This document shows positions 46,628 through 55,216 of a stretch of 64,000 nucleotides of DNA, in pieces. A program made the position numbers and the translations under genes. A model generated the notes under the pieces. The model saw only the letters and a list, made by a program, of their open reading frames with translations. It did no database searches and was not told the DNA's origin. Each line of letters begins with the position of its first letter. Position 1 is the first letter of the stretch. The DNA comes from a virus: the IMG/VR virus record IMGVR_UViG_3300031753_000002, positions 1 through 64,000 of that record. One strand, given 5' to 3'.

Positions 46628-47541
46628 ATGATGTGACAACCGAACCGCGTGACGAACACGGTCGCTGGACCTCTGGCAGCGGGAGTACCAAGCCGAGCGA
46701 CAAGCTTTGGGCGACGCTTCACGGCGATCCTAATGGGCCGTTCGTGAGTCTCGCAGACCCGGAGAGTAACGCCGCGCATGCGAGAGCCATTTCTGACATT
46801 GCCGGGAGTGTCGCCAAAGAGCTTGGGTTCAATCCATCTAAGATCAACATCACGGATGGCGAGCATAAGTTCACAGTCAACGGGAAAGACATGACGGCGG
46901 CGGGCCTCGCGCATCGGGAAACAGGATTGATAACGCTCTACACGAAGCAGCTTACCGAGTCCTTCACTCCTGGCGCCACGGCGCACGAAATCATGCATCA
47001 AAAATGGAACGCATACCTCGAAGATTATCGAGCGGAGGCGGCCAAAGTCATGACGGACCCGGATGGTGCAAACTCACCGTACCGCGGGCCAGATGCCTTC
47101 ATGAAGGCTGACGGAACCCTTGGCGAAAAGTACGCCGCTCGGTATCCGATCTATCAAGAATACACGAAGCTCATGATGAATTCGGAGAAGATGCGCGCCG
47201 AGGATGGGGTATCCGATTACAGCCGGGAATATTGGAATGCCGTCAACAGCGGCGAAGCTAACCGTGTCAAGGGCACGTACATCAACTCGCAAGGCAATGT
47301 GCAAGAATACACGACAAGCCGCATCACTCTCGACCAGTGCTACCATGAGACGCTCGCAGAGATGGCGAGGCTCGACTATGAGAATAAGAAGGCCAAGGAA
47401 AAGGGCAGCGCGATCTTCAATCCAGTTGCCCCGCCGGCCCGGCTGAAAAGCGGCAAGGCTTCGACGGCTCGGAGGTCGAAGGATTGGGAGGCTTTGTACG
47501 AAGCGATCAACCGCAACTGGGATAAGCGGAGCAAAGCATGA
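46624..47541 (+). CDS. RDxHGRWT-tagged zincin-like metallopeptidase
   Basis: EPRDEHGRWT; AHEIMH; GVSDYS..YW; HETLAE. Confidence 0.75.
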   Translation: MNDVTTEPRDEHGRWTSGSGSTKPSDKLWATLHGDPNGPFVSLADPESNAAHARAISDIAGSVAKELGFNPSKINITDGEHKFTVNGKDMTAAGLAHRETGLITLYTKQLTESFTPGATAHEIMHQKWNAYLEDYRAEAAKVMTDPDGANSPYRGPDAFMKADGTLGEKYAARYPIYQEYTKLMMNSEKMRAEDGVSDYSREYWNAVNSGEANRVKGTYINSQGNVQEYTTSRITLDQCYHETLAEMARLDYENKKAKEKGSAIFNPVAPPARLKSGKASTARRSKDWEALYEAINRNWDKRSKA

Positions 47542-48020
47542 TCGAGCGACAGACCATCAACGGTCGCCCCGCGACCGTCGCCTACATGACAGCCGATTTC
47601 GTGCCGGCCGACAAAGACACCGCGCCGTATGCGAAAGTGCTGTTCGATGACGGTGAGATGCTATTGCTCGCGAGCGGGAACGCTGATGACGGCGCCGAGG
47701 AAGCCGCCGCGTGGAATCGGCACCGCATGCAACAACAGAAGCCATATGGGCAGCCGCCGCGAAAAACCTTGCTGGGGTACAGCCTTGCGAGATGGGCAGC
47801 TTTTTTCGCCAAGACCGACATAGCCCGGATTGACAACGCGATCAAAACAGGACTTATCGCTGGCCTAGACAACACTGAAATCGCCCGCCGCGTCATTGGC
47901 AGTATCGGACTACGCGGTATTGATGGCGTAACGGAGGTTACTAGGCGCCGCATAGCTGAATTAGGGCGTCTTGCTCTCAAAGAACGTAAAGGACGTGGAG
48001 TGCCTTATGTCACTAAATGA
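47538..48020 (+). CDS. Protein with a MuF/minor-head-like C-terminal segment
   Basis: RIDNAIKTGLIAGLDNTEIARRVIG...G.DG; portal-scaffold position. Confidence 0.55.
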   Translation: MIERQTINGRPATVAYMTADFVPADKDTAPYAKVLFDDGEMLLLASGNADDGAEEAAAWNRHRMQQQKPYGQPPRKTLLGYSLARWAAFFAKTDIARIDNAIKTGLIAGLDNTEIARRVIGSIGLRGIDGVTEVTRRRIAELGRLALKERKGRGVPYVTK

Positions 48021-48254
48021 TCTAGCCGCTAGACGAAATTATAACCGGGCATATCGAGCAGTCCATCGTGAGCAAATCAATGCTCAGGGCCGGTCGCATC
48101 GCGCGGCTAATCGTGAGCAAATAAATGCTCGGGCACGAATCAACTTAAAAGAGATGGGACCTTAGCAGAGTTTCAAGCTATCGTTCGCTACATCACCCGG
48201 CAGCAAATTGCCCACATCGGCCGAATTGCCCTCAAGTCTCGGAGAAAATCATGA
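48007..48254 (+). pseudogene. Deleted and frameshifted endonuclease remnant fused to the displaced 3' end of 47538-48020
   Basis: Basic repeats (HREQINA/NREQINA), then in another frame NQLKRDGTLAEFQAIVRY-ITRQQIAHIGRIALK. Confidence 0.6.
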
Positions 48255-48676
48255 GCGGGAACCAAATTGGCTTATTGGTAAGCGTTGCAGTTGTCATTGG
48301 CATCCTTGCGTTCTCGCATGACGGCTTGCGACCCGCATCGGCGCCTGTCGAGCTTCCCGAAATCGTGGTTGATCCCGAGGTCACTCCGCTGCCTACGCCA
48401 GCGCCCATGCCCGAAGCGGTCTCGCCCGAGAGTGTTGTCGGGCCCCTGCCCGTACCGGCACCCGGCGCACCGAAAAAGATAGGTCCGAAAGTCGTCCCGG
48501 TCGTGCCGCCGGTCTACCACAAAGTCCTGCCCGGCGGGAAGATCGGGCCGAAGATTGATTGTGCGCGAGTCCCAGCGGTTGCGTGGCTTTATCCGCAGGC
48601 CGCTGTCGAGCAATATGCGCGTTCCTACGGGCTGACGGAATCACAGATTCGGCAACTACGCGTTTGCCTGAATTGA
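48251..48676 (+). CDS. Membrane-anchored Pro-rich protein
   Basis: N-terminal TM, P/V-rich linker, C-terminal Cys pair. Confidence 0.6.
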   Translation: MSGNQIGLLVSVAVVIGILAFSHDGLRPASAPVELPEIVVDPEVTPLPTPAPMPEAVSPESVVGPLPVPAPGAPKKIGPKVVPVVPPVYHKVLPGGKIGPKIDCARVPAVAWLYPQAAVEQYARSYGLTESQIRQLRVCLN

Positions 48677-48679
48677 AAG

Positions 48680-48716
48680 GCGGCATGGGCCGCGCTCGGT
48701 AGCATGTGCTCCCGAG
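48680..48716 (+). promoter_or_regulatory. Tandem C-AUGN-G hairpins in the scaffold leader
   Basis: GCGGC-ATGG-GCCGC and CTCGGTAGC-ATGT-GCTCCCGAG. Confidence 0.6.
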
Positions 48717-48734
48717 AAACTGACGGAGAGTACA

Positions 48735-49592
48735 ATGCCTAAGCTCAAGACCATCTATGAGAAAGAGGAAGACGTTCCCGAAGGTTTCGGCGAGTTGTAC
48801 GTCGAGCGCAACGGGAAATGGGAGTTGACCGGAGTCGAAGGCGTGAAGACGCAGGCTGATATCGACCGGGTGAATGAAGCCCTCCGCAAGGAAAAGGCCG
48901 ACCACAAAGCGCTCAAGGAAAAACACGTCAAAGTAGCTGATCTTGACCCCGAAAAGGTCGCTGAACAGGCTGCCGAACTTGAAGCTGCGCAAGCACAGCT
49001 TGCCGCATTCACGAAGGATGGCAATCTTGACGAAACGAAACTTGAGCCGATCATTGAGGCGCGAATCAAGCGCGCCCTCGGGCCGATCGAGCGCGACAAG
49101 GCCGCGCTTGAACGCAAGCTCGCCGATGAAGCCAAGGCTAAGGAACTGGCACTCGGCGAGGTCGTGTCCCTGAAAACTAGCATCACGCAGCGCACGATCG
49201 AGAACGCGCTTCGCGATGCCGCAACCGCCGGCAAGGTCCTGATCACCGCGGTTGACGATGCCGTATCCATCGGTTCCCGGTATTTCGAGACAACCGAAGA
49301 CGGCCGCGTGTTGACTCGTGACAACATGGGAATCACGCCGGGCTTGAAACCGACCGAGTGGCTCAAGGACATGCAAGAGCACAAGCCGCATTGGTGGCCT
49401 GCTTCTCAGGGCGGTGGTTCGCGCGGCGGTTCTGGCGGCACTGGCGGCCGGGCCGACAATCCGTGGATGCCTGAGAATTGGAACGTCACCAAGCAGGGCG
49501 CCTATATCCAGCAACACGGCATTGAGAAAGCCGCGCAAGCGGCTGCGACCGCTGGCAGTAAGGTTGGCGCCACTAAGCCGAAAGCTGCGTAA
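48735..49592 (+). CDS. Capsid scaffolding protein
   Basis: LY.E.NGKW.L..VEG, coiled coil, PHWWPASQGGG, C-terminal NPW....WN.T.QG. Confidence 0.82.
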   Translation: MPKLKTIYEKEEDVPEGFGELYVERNGKWELTGVEGVKTQADIDRVNEALRKEKADHKALKEKHVKVADLDPEKVAEQAAELEAAQAQLAAFTKDGNLDETKLEPIIEARIKRALGPIERDKAALERKLADEAKAKELALGEVVSLKTSITQRTIENALRDAATAGKVLITAVDDAVSIGSRYFETTEDGRVLTRDNMGITPGLKPTEWLKDMQEHKPHWWPASQGGGSRGGSGGTGGRADNPWMPENWNVTKQGAYIQQHGIEKAAQAAATAGSKVGATKPKAA

Positions 49593-49653
49593 ACCGCCTA
49601 AGGACCTTCGCGTGCCCTTAAAAGTACGCGAAGGTTGTCATTCAGGGATGTAA

Positions 49654-50019
49654 GTGATGATTAACCCGTGGGCGGCCGATACTTGGAATCTCACCAAACA
49701 AGGCAGCATTGTCAGCAATTTCGGTTTTGCTGCGGCTGAGAAAATGGCGAGAGAGGCGGGCACGACAGTCGGCGGCTTGAAGCCTAAGATCGCGCCCGCA
49801 AAGCTCACGGTTCTAATTCAGCGGAGATTTTTGGGCGCAAGTGGGGGCAGCGGGACCGGAGCGACTGGCGCAACGGGCGCAACGGGCGCCACGGGGGCAA
49901 GTACAAATTGGCTTGAGGGACACGGGGTTCCTAGTGATTCGATCGGAAATAATGGTGATTTGTATCTTGACCTCGACACGGGAAACGTCTACCAGAAGGC
50001 AGGTGGAACGTGGTTCTGA
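49654..50019 (+). CDS. Chimeric protein: copy of scaffold C-terminal domain + GAT collagen repeat + fibre-type domain
   Basis: NPWAADTWNLTKQG; (GAT)n; G.GVP....G.NGD.YLD..TGN.YQK. Confidence 0.7.
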   Translation: MMINPWAADTWNLTKQGSIVSNFGFAAAEKMAREAGTTVGGLKPKIAPAKLTVLIQRRFLGASGGSGTGATGATGATGATGASTNWLEGHGVPSDSIGNNGDLYLDLDTGNVYQKAGGTWF

Positions 50020-50026
50020 GGTCCTC

Positions 50027-51133
50027 ATGCGCTTTCATGTGTTGGCTATTCCCCATACGATTTCGATGCCTGAATATTCTTCTTGCGCCTTCACGTCGAA
50101 GGTCGTGAAGCTATGCAAGATGCTCATGCGTCGGGGCCATACCGTCATCCACTATGGGCATCAGGACTCGCAAGTGGAGGCGACGCAGCACGTCACGGTC
50201 ACGGGGCGGTACGACCTAGACAAGAGCTACAAAAACCACGATTGGCGCAAGCTCGGCTGGCCCAAGTACAACGAGAAAGAGGATTGGGTCTATCAGGTGT
50301 TCTATAAGAACGCCATAGAGGCTCTCGCGGGCCATAAACAGCCCGGCGATTTCCTGCTTTGCCAGTTCGGCTTCATGCACAAGCCGGTCGCCGATGCGCA
50401 CAAGGACCTGATCATTGTAGAGCCGGGCATCGGGTACCCGGACGGGGGCTTCGCGCCCTACCGCGTGTTCGAGAGCTACTCGATCCAATCAGCCTACCAA
50501 GGCAAGAACGCGATCGGGTGGGCCAAGAACAATTTCTGGTACGACACGGTTATCCCCAACTATTTTGACCTCGACGAATTTGACTTTAGCCCATGTGTCA
50601 AGCGAGACTATTTCCTGTTCTGTGGCCGTGTTAATTCCGGTAAAGGCATCCACATTGCGGAGCAAATCTCCGCAGCGACGAATGTGCCACTAATCGTGGC
50701 AGGTGCCGGGGATTTCAAGCTCAAGCCGACTACGCAGAGGGTCGGGGTCGTCGGTCCTGTCGAGCGTGCTTCACTCATGTCCGGTGCACGGGCTCTGCTT
50801 TGCCCCTCGACTTTTATGGAGCCGTTCTGTGGCGTGCAAGTCGAAGCCTACCTGTCGGGCGTCCCCGTAATATCGTCCGATTGGGGCGCGTTCGCTGAAT
50901 ACAACATCCATGGTGTCACCGGCTTTCGATGCAAGACGTTTGAACAATTCGTGTGGGCTGCGAATCACGTCGGCGAGCTAAATCCGCAGGACTGCCGCGA
51001 TCATGGCGTCGCGTTCTCCCTGGAACGAATCGGACCCATGTACGAAGAATTTTTTGAGAACATCGCTCGCGGCGGCTGGTATGCCGAGAACCCCGATAGA
51101 AAAGACTTGACGCGCACAGTTTTTCGGCCGTAA
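50027..51133 (+). CDS. Glycosyltransferase (GT-B, GT4-like)
   Basis: VIPNYFD..EF, LFCGRV..GKG, PS.FMEPFCGVQVEA.LSG.PVISSD.GAF.E. Confidence 0.88.
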   Translation: MRFHVLAIPHTISMPEYSSCAFTSKVVKLCKMLMRRGHTVIHYGHQDSQVEATQHVTVTGRYDLDKSYKNHDWRKLGWPKYNEKEDWVYQVFYKNAIEALAGHKQPGDFLLCQFGFMHKPVADAHKDLIIVEPGIGYPDGGFAPYRVFESYSIQSAYQGKNAIGWAKNNFWYDTVIPNYFDLDEFDFSPCVKRDYFLFCGRVNSGKGIHIAEQISAATNVPLIVAGAGDFKLKPTTQRVGVVGPVERASLMSGARALLCPSTFMEPFCGVQVEAYLSGVPVISSDWGAFAEYNIHGVTGFRCKTFEQFVWAANHVGELNPQDCRDHGVAFSLERIGPMYEEFFENIARGGWYAENPDRKDLTRTVFRP

Positions 51134-51236
51134 GATAATCGTAGCGGAGAAGGCCGGTTTGAGTCCGGCCCGGCAATTCGGGCCGGGTAGTGTCAGTGGC
51201 GCACGCCCCGCACTTTTTCGCCCTATGGAGGCACCC

Positions 51237-51611
51237 ATGCGCAAGTACACAATTATGCTACTCGCGGCTGCGACATTCTCATGGATACCAAGCAGTGTTC
51301 AGGCGGCTGGGTGCGACGGCAGCCCGACGTTCACAGTGCAGCGGGAAGCGATAGAGGCGGCGAATCCAGGCTATCAGCACATCGAGTTGACCGCCGAACA
51401 GCGTGCCGTTTTTCTCAAAGCGATGGCCGAATATGCTGGGCACAATCTCAATTTCGCTCACGTGTGGGTCGGTGTGAACGTCAATCCGAGCGAGGTTGCC
51501 ATCGCATTCGTTGAGGAAAATGATTGCGTCAATGGGGCGGCGCTCATGCCATTGGACATATTCGAACAGATGCTCGGGTACGACTCCGGACCGGAGAAAC
51601 GGAGTCTCTAA
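51237..51611 (+). CDS. Exported protein
   Basis: GGAGG RBS; signal peptide ending VQA. Confidence 0.65.
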   Translation: MRKYTIMLLAAATFSWIPSSVQAAGCDGSPTFTVQREAIEAANPGYQHIELTAEQRAVFLKAMAEYAGHNLNFAHVWVGVNVNPSEVAIAFVEENDCVNGAALMPLDIFEQMLGYDSGPEKRSL

Positions 51612-51735
51612 AGCCATGGTAGGCAGCGCTTGATGTAACCATGTTGCATCATCGGCCCACCCTTGACCAGTGTTGCAAGTAGCGTGGCACCATCCAAGAA
51701 ATTGTCCTGTATCGTGACAGTGGTCCATATGTAGG
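51610..51735 (-). pseudogene. Endonuclease VII remnant (antisense)
   Basis: LHMDHCHDTGQFLGWCHATCNTGQG..DD; no N-terminal half. Confidence 0.6.
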
Positions 51736-51750
51736 GCGGCTGGGTCCGCA

Positions 51751-51765
51751 TAAAAGCCCGGTTGC
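51751..51765 (+). promoter_or_regulatory. Late-promoter motif, copy 4 (capsid)
   Basis: TAAAAGCCCGGTTGC. Confidence 0.65.
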
Positions 51766-51821
51766 GTTACAGCTTGCTGCATGATACCTCTATCCAATAA
51801 TTGACGTGATCCCTCTGTCTT

Positions 51822-51895
51822 GAGCGGCCCATGCGGGGCGACTCGGCGAGGCTTTCCCGACAATATTCCGCGACCCCCATGGGGGAGGTTGACGG
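51822..51895 (+). promoter_or_regulatory. Two C-AUGN-G hairpins in the capsid leader
   Basis: GAGCGGCCC-ATGC-GGGGCGACTC and CCGCGACCCCC-ATGG-GGGAGGTTGACGG. Confidence 0.55.
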
Positions 51896-51929
51896 TCCCT
51901 GACCAGTCAGCAACCCAAGGGGCTTTGTC

Positions 51930-53069
51930 ATGACAAACGTTTCGACGCAAATCGCGGATGTGATCGTCCCCGCAATTTTCACTCCCTACACACAGCAATT
52001 GACGATGGAGAAGACCGCCATCGTTCAGTCCGGAATCGCGGCTCGGGATGACTTTCTCGACAACCTGCTTGCCGGCGGCGGTCTGACGTTCACCGTTCCG
52101 TCCTGGCAGGATATCGGGGACCCCGCCGAGAACATTTCGAGCGATGACCCGAACACCAATTCTCAGCCGAACATCACGCAAACCTCCGCCGAGGTCGCGG
52201 TCCGGCTGTCCCGCAACAGTTCGTGGAGCACCATGCGGCTCGCAACAGCCCTGGCCGGCGCCGACCCGATGCAGAGCATCGCCTCGCGCGTTTCCGACTA
52301 TTGGGTCCGTCGTCTTCAGCGCGCGTTTGTCGCCGTCGCTCAGGGCGTGTTCACGACCAACGCCGCGGCCAACGCGGGCGCGACTCCGGGCCTGGGCCTC
52401 ACCGCTCAGTACGGCACGCAGAATGACCTGACGAACGACATTTCGGCCGGCGGGTACTCCAGCGGCGTCACCGACTTTTCCGCCTCCGCGTTTATCGACG
52501 CATGCACTCTGTTGGGCGATGCGGCCGAAGACGTGACTGCCGTCTTCATGCACTCGATCGTGTATGCGAAGGCGCAGAAGAACAACCTCATTGACTTTAT
52601 TCCGGACGCTGAAGGCCACATCAACATCCCGACTTTCTTGGGTCGGCGCGTGATCGTTGACGACGGCATGCCGAATCCGTCCGGCGACAACAGCAACGGC
52701 GCTGCCACCGCCTCGGGTGTCTATCACACTTGGCTTGTTGGCCCCGCCAGCTTCCGACTTGGTGTCGGCACCCCCGTCGTCCCGACCGAGGTCTTCCGTT
52801 ACCCGGATCGAGGCAACGGCGCCGGCTCCGATATCCTGTACAACCGCGTCGAATGGTGCATCCATCCGGTCGGCCATGCGTACAGCGGTTCGACCGCAAG
52901 TAAGGGCGGACCGTCCAACAACACTCTCTCGGCAAACGGCGCCTTCGTGCGTGTGTTCCCCGAGCGCAAGCAGATCAAGCTCGCTCGCCTGATCACCGCC
53001 GAAAGCATCGCGACTCCGGGTCCGTATCGCGCTGATCCGTTCGTGAGCGGCGGCAACGCGGAGGTCTGA
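51930..53069 (+). CDS. Major capsid protein
   Basis: T.IADVIVP.IFTPY...QSGI...GG.TF.VP.W...LAGADPM..IA.RV..YW...FMHS.VY...IPTFLGRRVIVDD...HP.G; strongly biased codon usage. Confidence 0.9.
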   Translation: MTNVSTQIADVIVPAIFTPYTQQLTMEKTAIVQSGIAARDDFLDNLLAGGGLTFTVPSWQDIGDPAENISSDDPNTNSQPNITQTSAEVAVRLSRNSSWSTMRLATALAGADPMQSIASRVSDYWVRRLQRAFVAVAQGVFTTNAAANAGATPGLGLTAQYGTQNDLTNDISAGGYSSGVTDFSASAFIDACTLLGDAAEDVTAVFMHSIVYAKAQKNNLIDFIPDAEGHINIPTFLGRRVIVDDGMPNPSGDNSNGAATASGVYHTWLVGPASFRLGVGTPVVPTEVFRYPDRGNGAGSDILYNRVEWCIHPVGHAYSGSTASKGGPSNNTLSANGAFVRVFPERKQIKLARLITAESIATPGPYRADPFVSGGNAEV

Positions 53070-53084
53070 GGTTTGAATTCTGCC

Positions 53085-53122
53085 CCGGAAGCGTAATTAG
53101 ACTACGCTTCCGGCCACTTTTT
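53085..53122 (+). terminator. Rho-independent terminator after the capsid gene
   Basis: CCGGAAGCGTA / TACGCTTCCGG stem, then a T run. Confidence 0.75.
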
Positions 53123-53141
53123 CAAACCGGGAGTTCCCAAC

Positions 53142-53351
53142 ATGACCGACGCCAACGCGACTCCCCGTCTCTATCGTCGCCATCAGCGTCATGCGAGTCT
53201 TGCTCGTATGCGCTACAGCGATCAAGCGGATGCGTTCCTGGACAAGCAGGCGACGCGCCTTGGACTGACCGAAGCGCAAGTGTTCGCCGACTTGAAAAAG
53301 AACACTGCACAACGAATCAAGGACGCGCCCAATTCGGGCGCCCTGAGTTAA
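53142..53351 (+). CDS. Hypothetical virion-associated protein
   Basis: GGGAG RBS; 69 aa. Confidence 0.6.
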   Translation: MTDANATPRLYRRHQRHASLARMRYSDQADAFLDKQATRLGLTEAQVFADLKKNTAQRIKDAPNSGALS

Positions 53352-53356
53352 AGCTT

Positions 53357-53490
53357 GGCGTCCCGGTCCCGCGGGGGACCGTACGGGCCGGGACGCCGAC
53401 CGCTGGCACGGGTGCTTAGTCGCCCACCGCCCGCACAGGCGGGGTCGCCGGGGGCGCTTCGGCGGCCTTGGGCGGCCCCGCCGCATTTTT
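53357..53490 (+). terminator. GC-rich multi-hairpin element ending in a cUUCGg hairpin and T run
   Basis: GGCGTCCCGG/CCGGGACGCC; GGCGGGGTCGCC...CGC-TTCG-GCG...GGCGGCCCCGCC, then ATTTTT. Confidence 0.55.
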
Positions 53491-53514
53491 ACTCAAGCCC
53501 CCTGAGAGGATACT

Positions 53515-54192
53515 ATGAACGACGCACAACGAGAGAAGATTCGAGCCGCACTAGCGCAGCTTGACAACGATGACAATGCGCACTGGACCGATGATGGCCT
53601 TCCGCGCACCGGCACCGTCCAGAAGCTCGCCAATGATACCACGATCAAGCGGTCGGATATCCATGAGGCGTACCCCGGCTTTGCGCGCAAGGTCGGCGAT
53701 GCGATGGGCGACCCGCCCGAAAGTGTCACCGGAGCCGAGGTTCCCAGTGCCAAGCCGGTGACCGAAGGCGCGGGCGAGTTGATGACCGAAGCCGAGGTTC
53801 ACGCGATTCTCACGCAGAACATCGTCGCAGCTACCGAAGCCGTCAAGGCGGCTCAGCGCAAGATTTTCGAAGGCCACGCCGACGAAAAGAAGGCACTTGC
53901 CGCCCTCACCGCGGCCCGGCAGGACCTCGCGCAAAAATTCCCGCCGATGACCCCGATGGAAAATATCAAGCAGTTCCTCGCCACCGAAAACGCGCGCCGC
54001 GCCGCGGCAGCCGGGGTGCCGGGCCACTACCAGCCGGCACAGGTCGATATGGCGGCAGCGCGGGGTAACTCCCGCGGATGGAAGCGGCCGGTACGCCCCG
54101 CGATGGGTGTTGATGGCAAGCTAGTCATGCCCGAGAAGCGCGAGACCCGATCGTTCCCGTCGCAGGGCGTGGGGGCTGTACCGCAGAGGTAA
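53515..54192 (+). CDS. Conserved post-capsid protein
   Basis: I..AL.QLD.D...HWT.DGLP....V.......I.R.DI....PGF.R. Confidence 0.7.
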   Translation: MNDAQREKIRAALAQLDNDDNAHWTDDGLPRTGTVQKLANDTTIKRSDIHEAYPGFARKVGDAMGDPPESVTGAEVPSAKPVTEGAGELMTEAEVHAILTQNIVAATEAVKAAQRKIFEGHADEKKALAALTAARQDLAQKFPPMTPMENIKQFLATENARRAAAAGVPGHYQPAQVDMAAARGNSRGWKRPVRPAMGVDGKLVMPEKRETRSFPSQGVGAVPQR

Positions 54193-54198
54193 TCCACC

Positions 54199-54468
54199 GT
54201 GGCTTTCACCGCCCGCACTCAGGCCGGCCTCTATTACCGGCGAAAAAACAACCGCTCGCGAGCCTTAGTGGGAAACCTCACTAAATGGCGCACGGGTCTT
54301 GTCGTTACGGCTGGTCACTATGTACAAAGCTTCGGTCAGGCTTACGTCGCATTGACTAGCGCCACGGCTGGCTCGACTCCGCCGTCAGGAACCGGCCGGA
54401 TATCAGATGGCGCTGTCACTTGGCAATTCGTTGACACTCAAGCCATTCTCGTCCCTCCGGTGACCTAA
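54199..54468 (+). CDS. Small protein with a CBM5/12-like module
   Basis: W......AG.YV...G.AY.A..S...G..PP......DG.VTW.FV; GAGG RBS, GTG start. Confidence 0.6.
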   Translation: MAFTARTQAGLYYRRKNNRSRALVGNLTKWRTGLVVTAGHYVQSFGQAYVALTSATAGSTPPSGTGRISDGAVTWQFVDTQAILVPPVT

Positions 54469-54870
54469 ATGACCGCCCCGGCCCCGACTGTCAGCATTGT
54501 CAATCTCGCTGTTTTGAACAATGCGTGGTTTCTCCAGTCATTTCGATTCGGAACGACTGGCGACTTGTCGTGGAGTTTTGCACATCAGGAATTCTTGTGC
54601 GACTGGAAGCTCGATCCTACCTCGGCGCTGCCTGACCTTGCACTATCATCTGTGGCCGTCCCGGCCACGATTGTCGTGGATGATCCGATTGCTCGTATTC
54701 TTCATTTCGAGGTCAATGATGAGGTTTTCGATTCGATGACGGCGGCGCCCGATCCAGGCATTCCCTACAATTACGATTTGCTCATGGTCGATTTGACGAC
54801 TGGTGTTCGCATCGCGCTCATGCGCGGCCTGATTTATCTAGTTCAAGGGATAACCATAGAGGACAGCTAA
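54469..54870 (+). CDS. Structural adaptor-like beta protein
   Basis: YNYDLLM.......LMRG.I....GIT. Confidence 0.6.
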   Translation: MTAPAPTVSIVNLAVLNNAWFLQSFRFGTTGDLSWSFAHQEFLCDWKLDPTSALPDLALSSVAVPATIVVDDPIARILHFEVNDEVFDSMTAAPDPGIPYNYDLLMVDLTTGVRIALMRGLIYLVQGITIEDS

Positions 54871-54874
54871 GCGA

Positions 54875-55153
54875 ATGGAAATTACAACTGTTCAAGTTCC
54901 GGTCCCGTCGAGCGCACCGATAGTTGTAGCCGGCGGCGCGGTGTCGCCGACGTTGCCGCCGGTCATAGGCGCGTTGCCTGTTCCAGTCCTCGCGATGGGG
55001 CCGGCCGGATCGCCGGGCGCATCTGGAGCATCGGGCACAACATGGTATGAAGGTTCGGGAGTGCCAAACAACACGTTCGGAATAAATGGTGATTTTTATC
55101 TCGATACATCAACCGGGAATATCTACCAAAAAGCCGTAGGAACTTGGTTCTAA
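54875..55153 (+). CDS. Short fibre-like protein
   Basis: GPAG..GASGASG, then WY.G.GVP....G.NGDFYLD..TGNIYQK. Confidence 0.65.
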   Translation: MEITTVQVPVPSSAPIVVAGGAVSPTLPPVIGALPVPVLAMGPAGSPGASGASGTTWYEGSGVPNNTFGINGDFYLDTSTGNIYQKAVGTWF

Positions 55154-55216
55154 AATGCCCCTAATTTGTAATCTACCGTGAATATCTACTGAAAAGCCGT
55201 AGAAAGTTGGTTCTAA

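Noticed and set aside
43973-49538. Long minus-strand ORFs (43973-44908, 44966-46228, 48393-49538)
   Set aside because: Shadow frames of portal, tagged proteins and scaffold, expected from GC-rich codon bias.
51279-52877. 532-aa minus-strand ORF
   Set aside because: Mostly antisense shadow of the capsid gene; only about 40 codons (EndoVII remnant) are meaningful.
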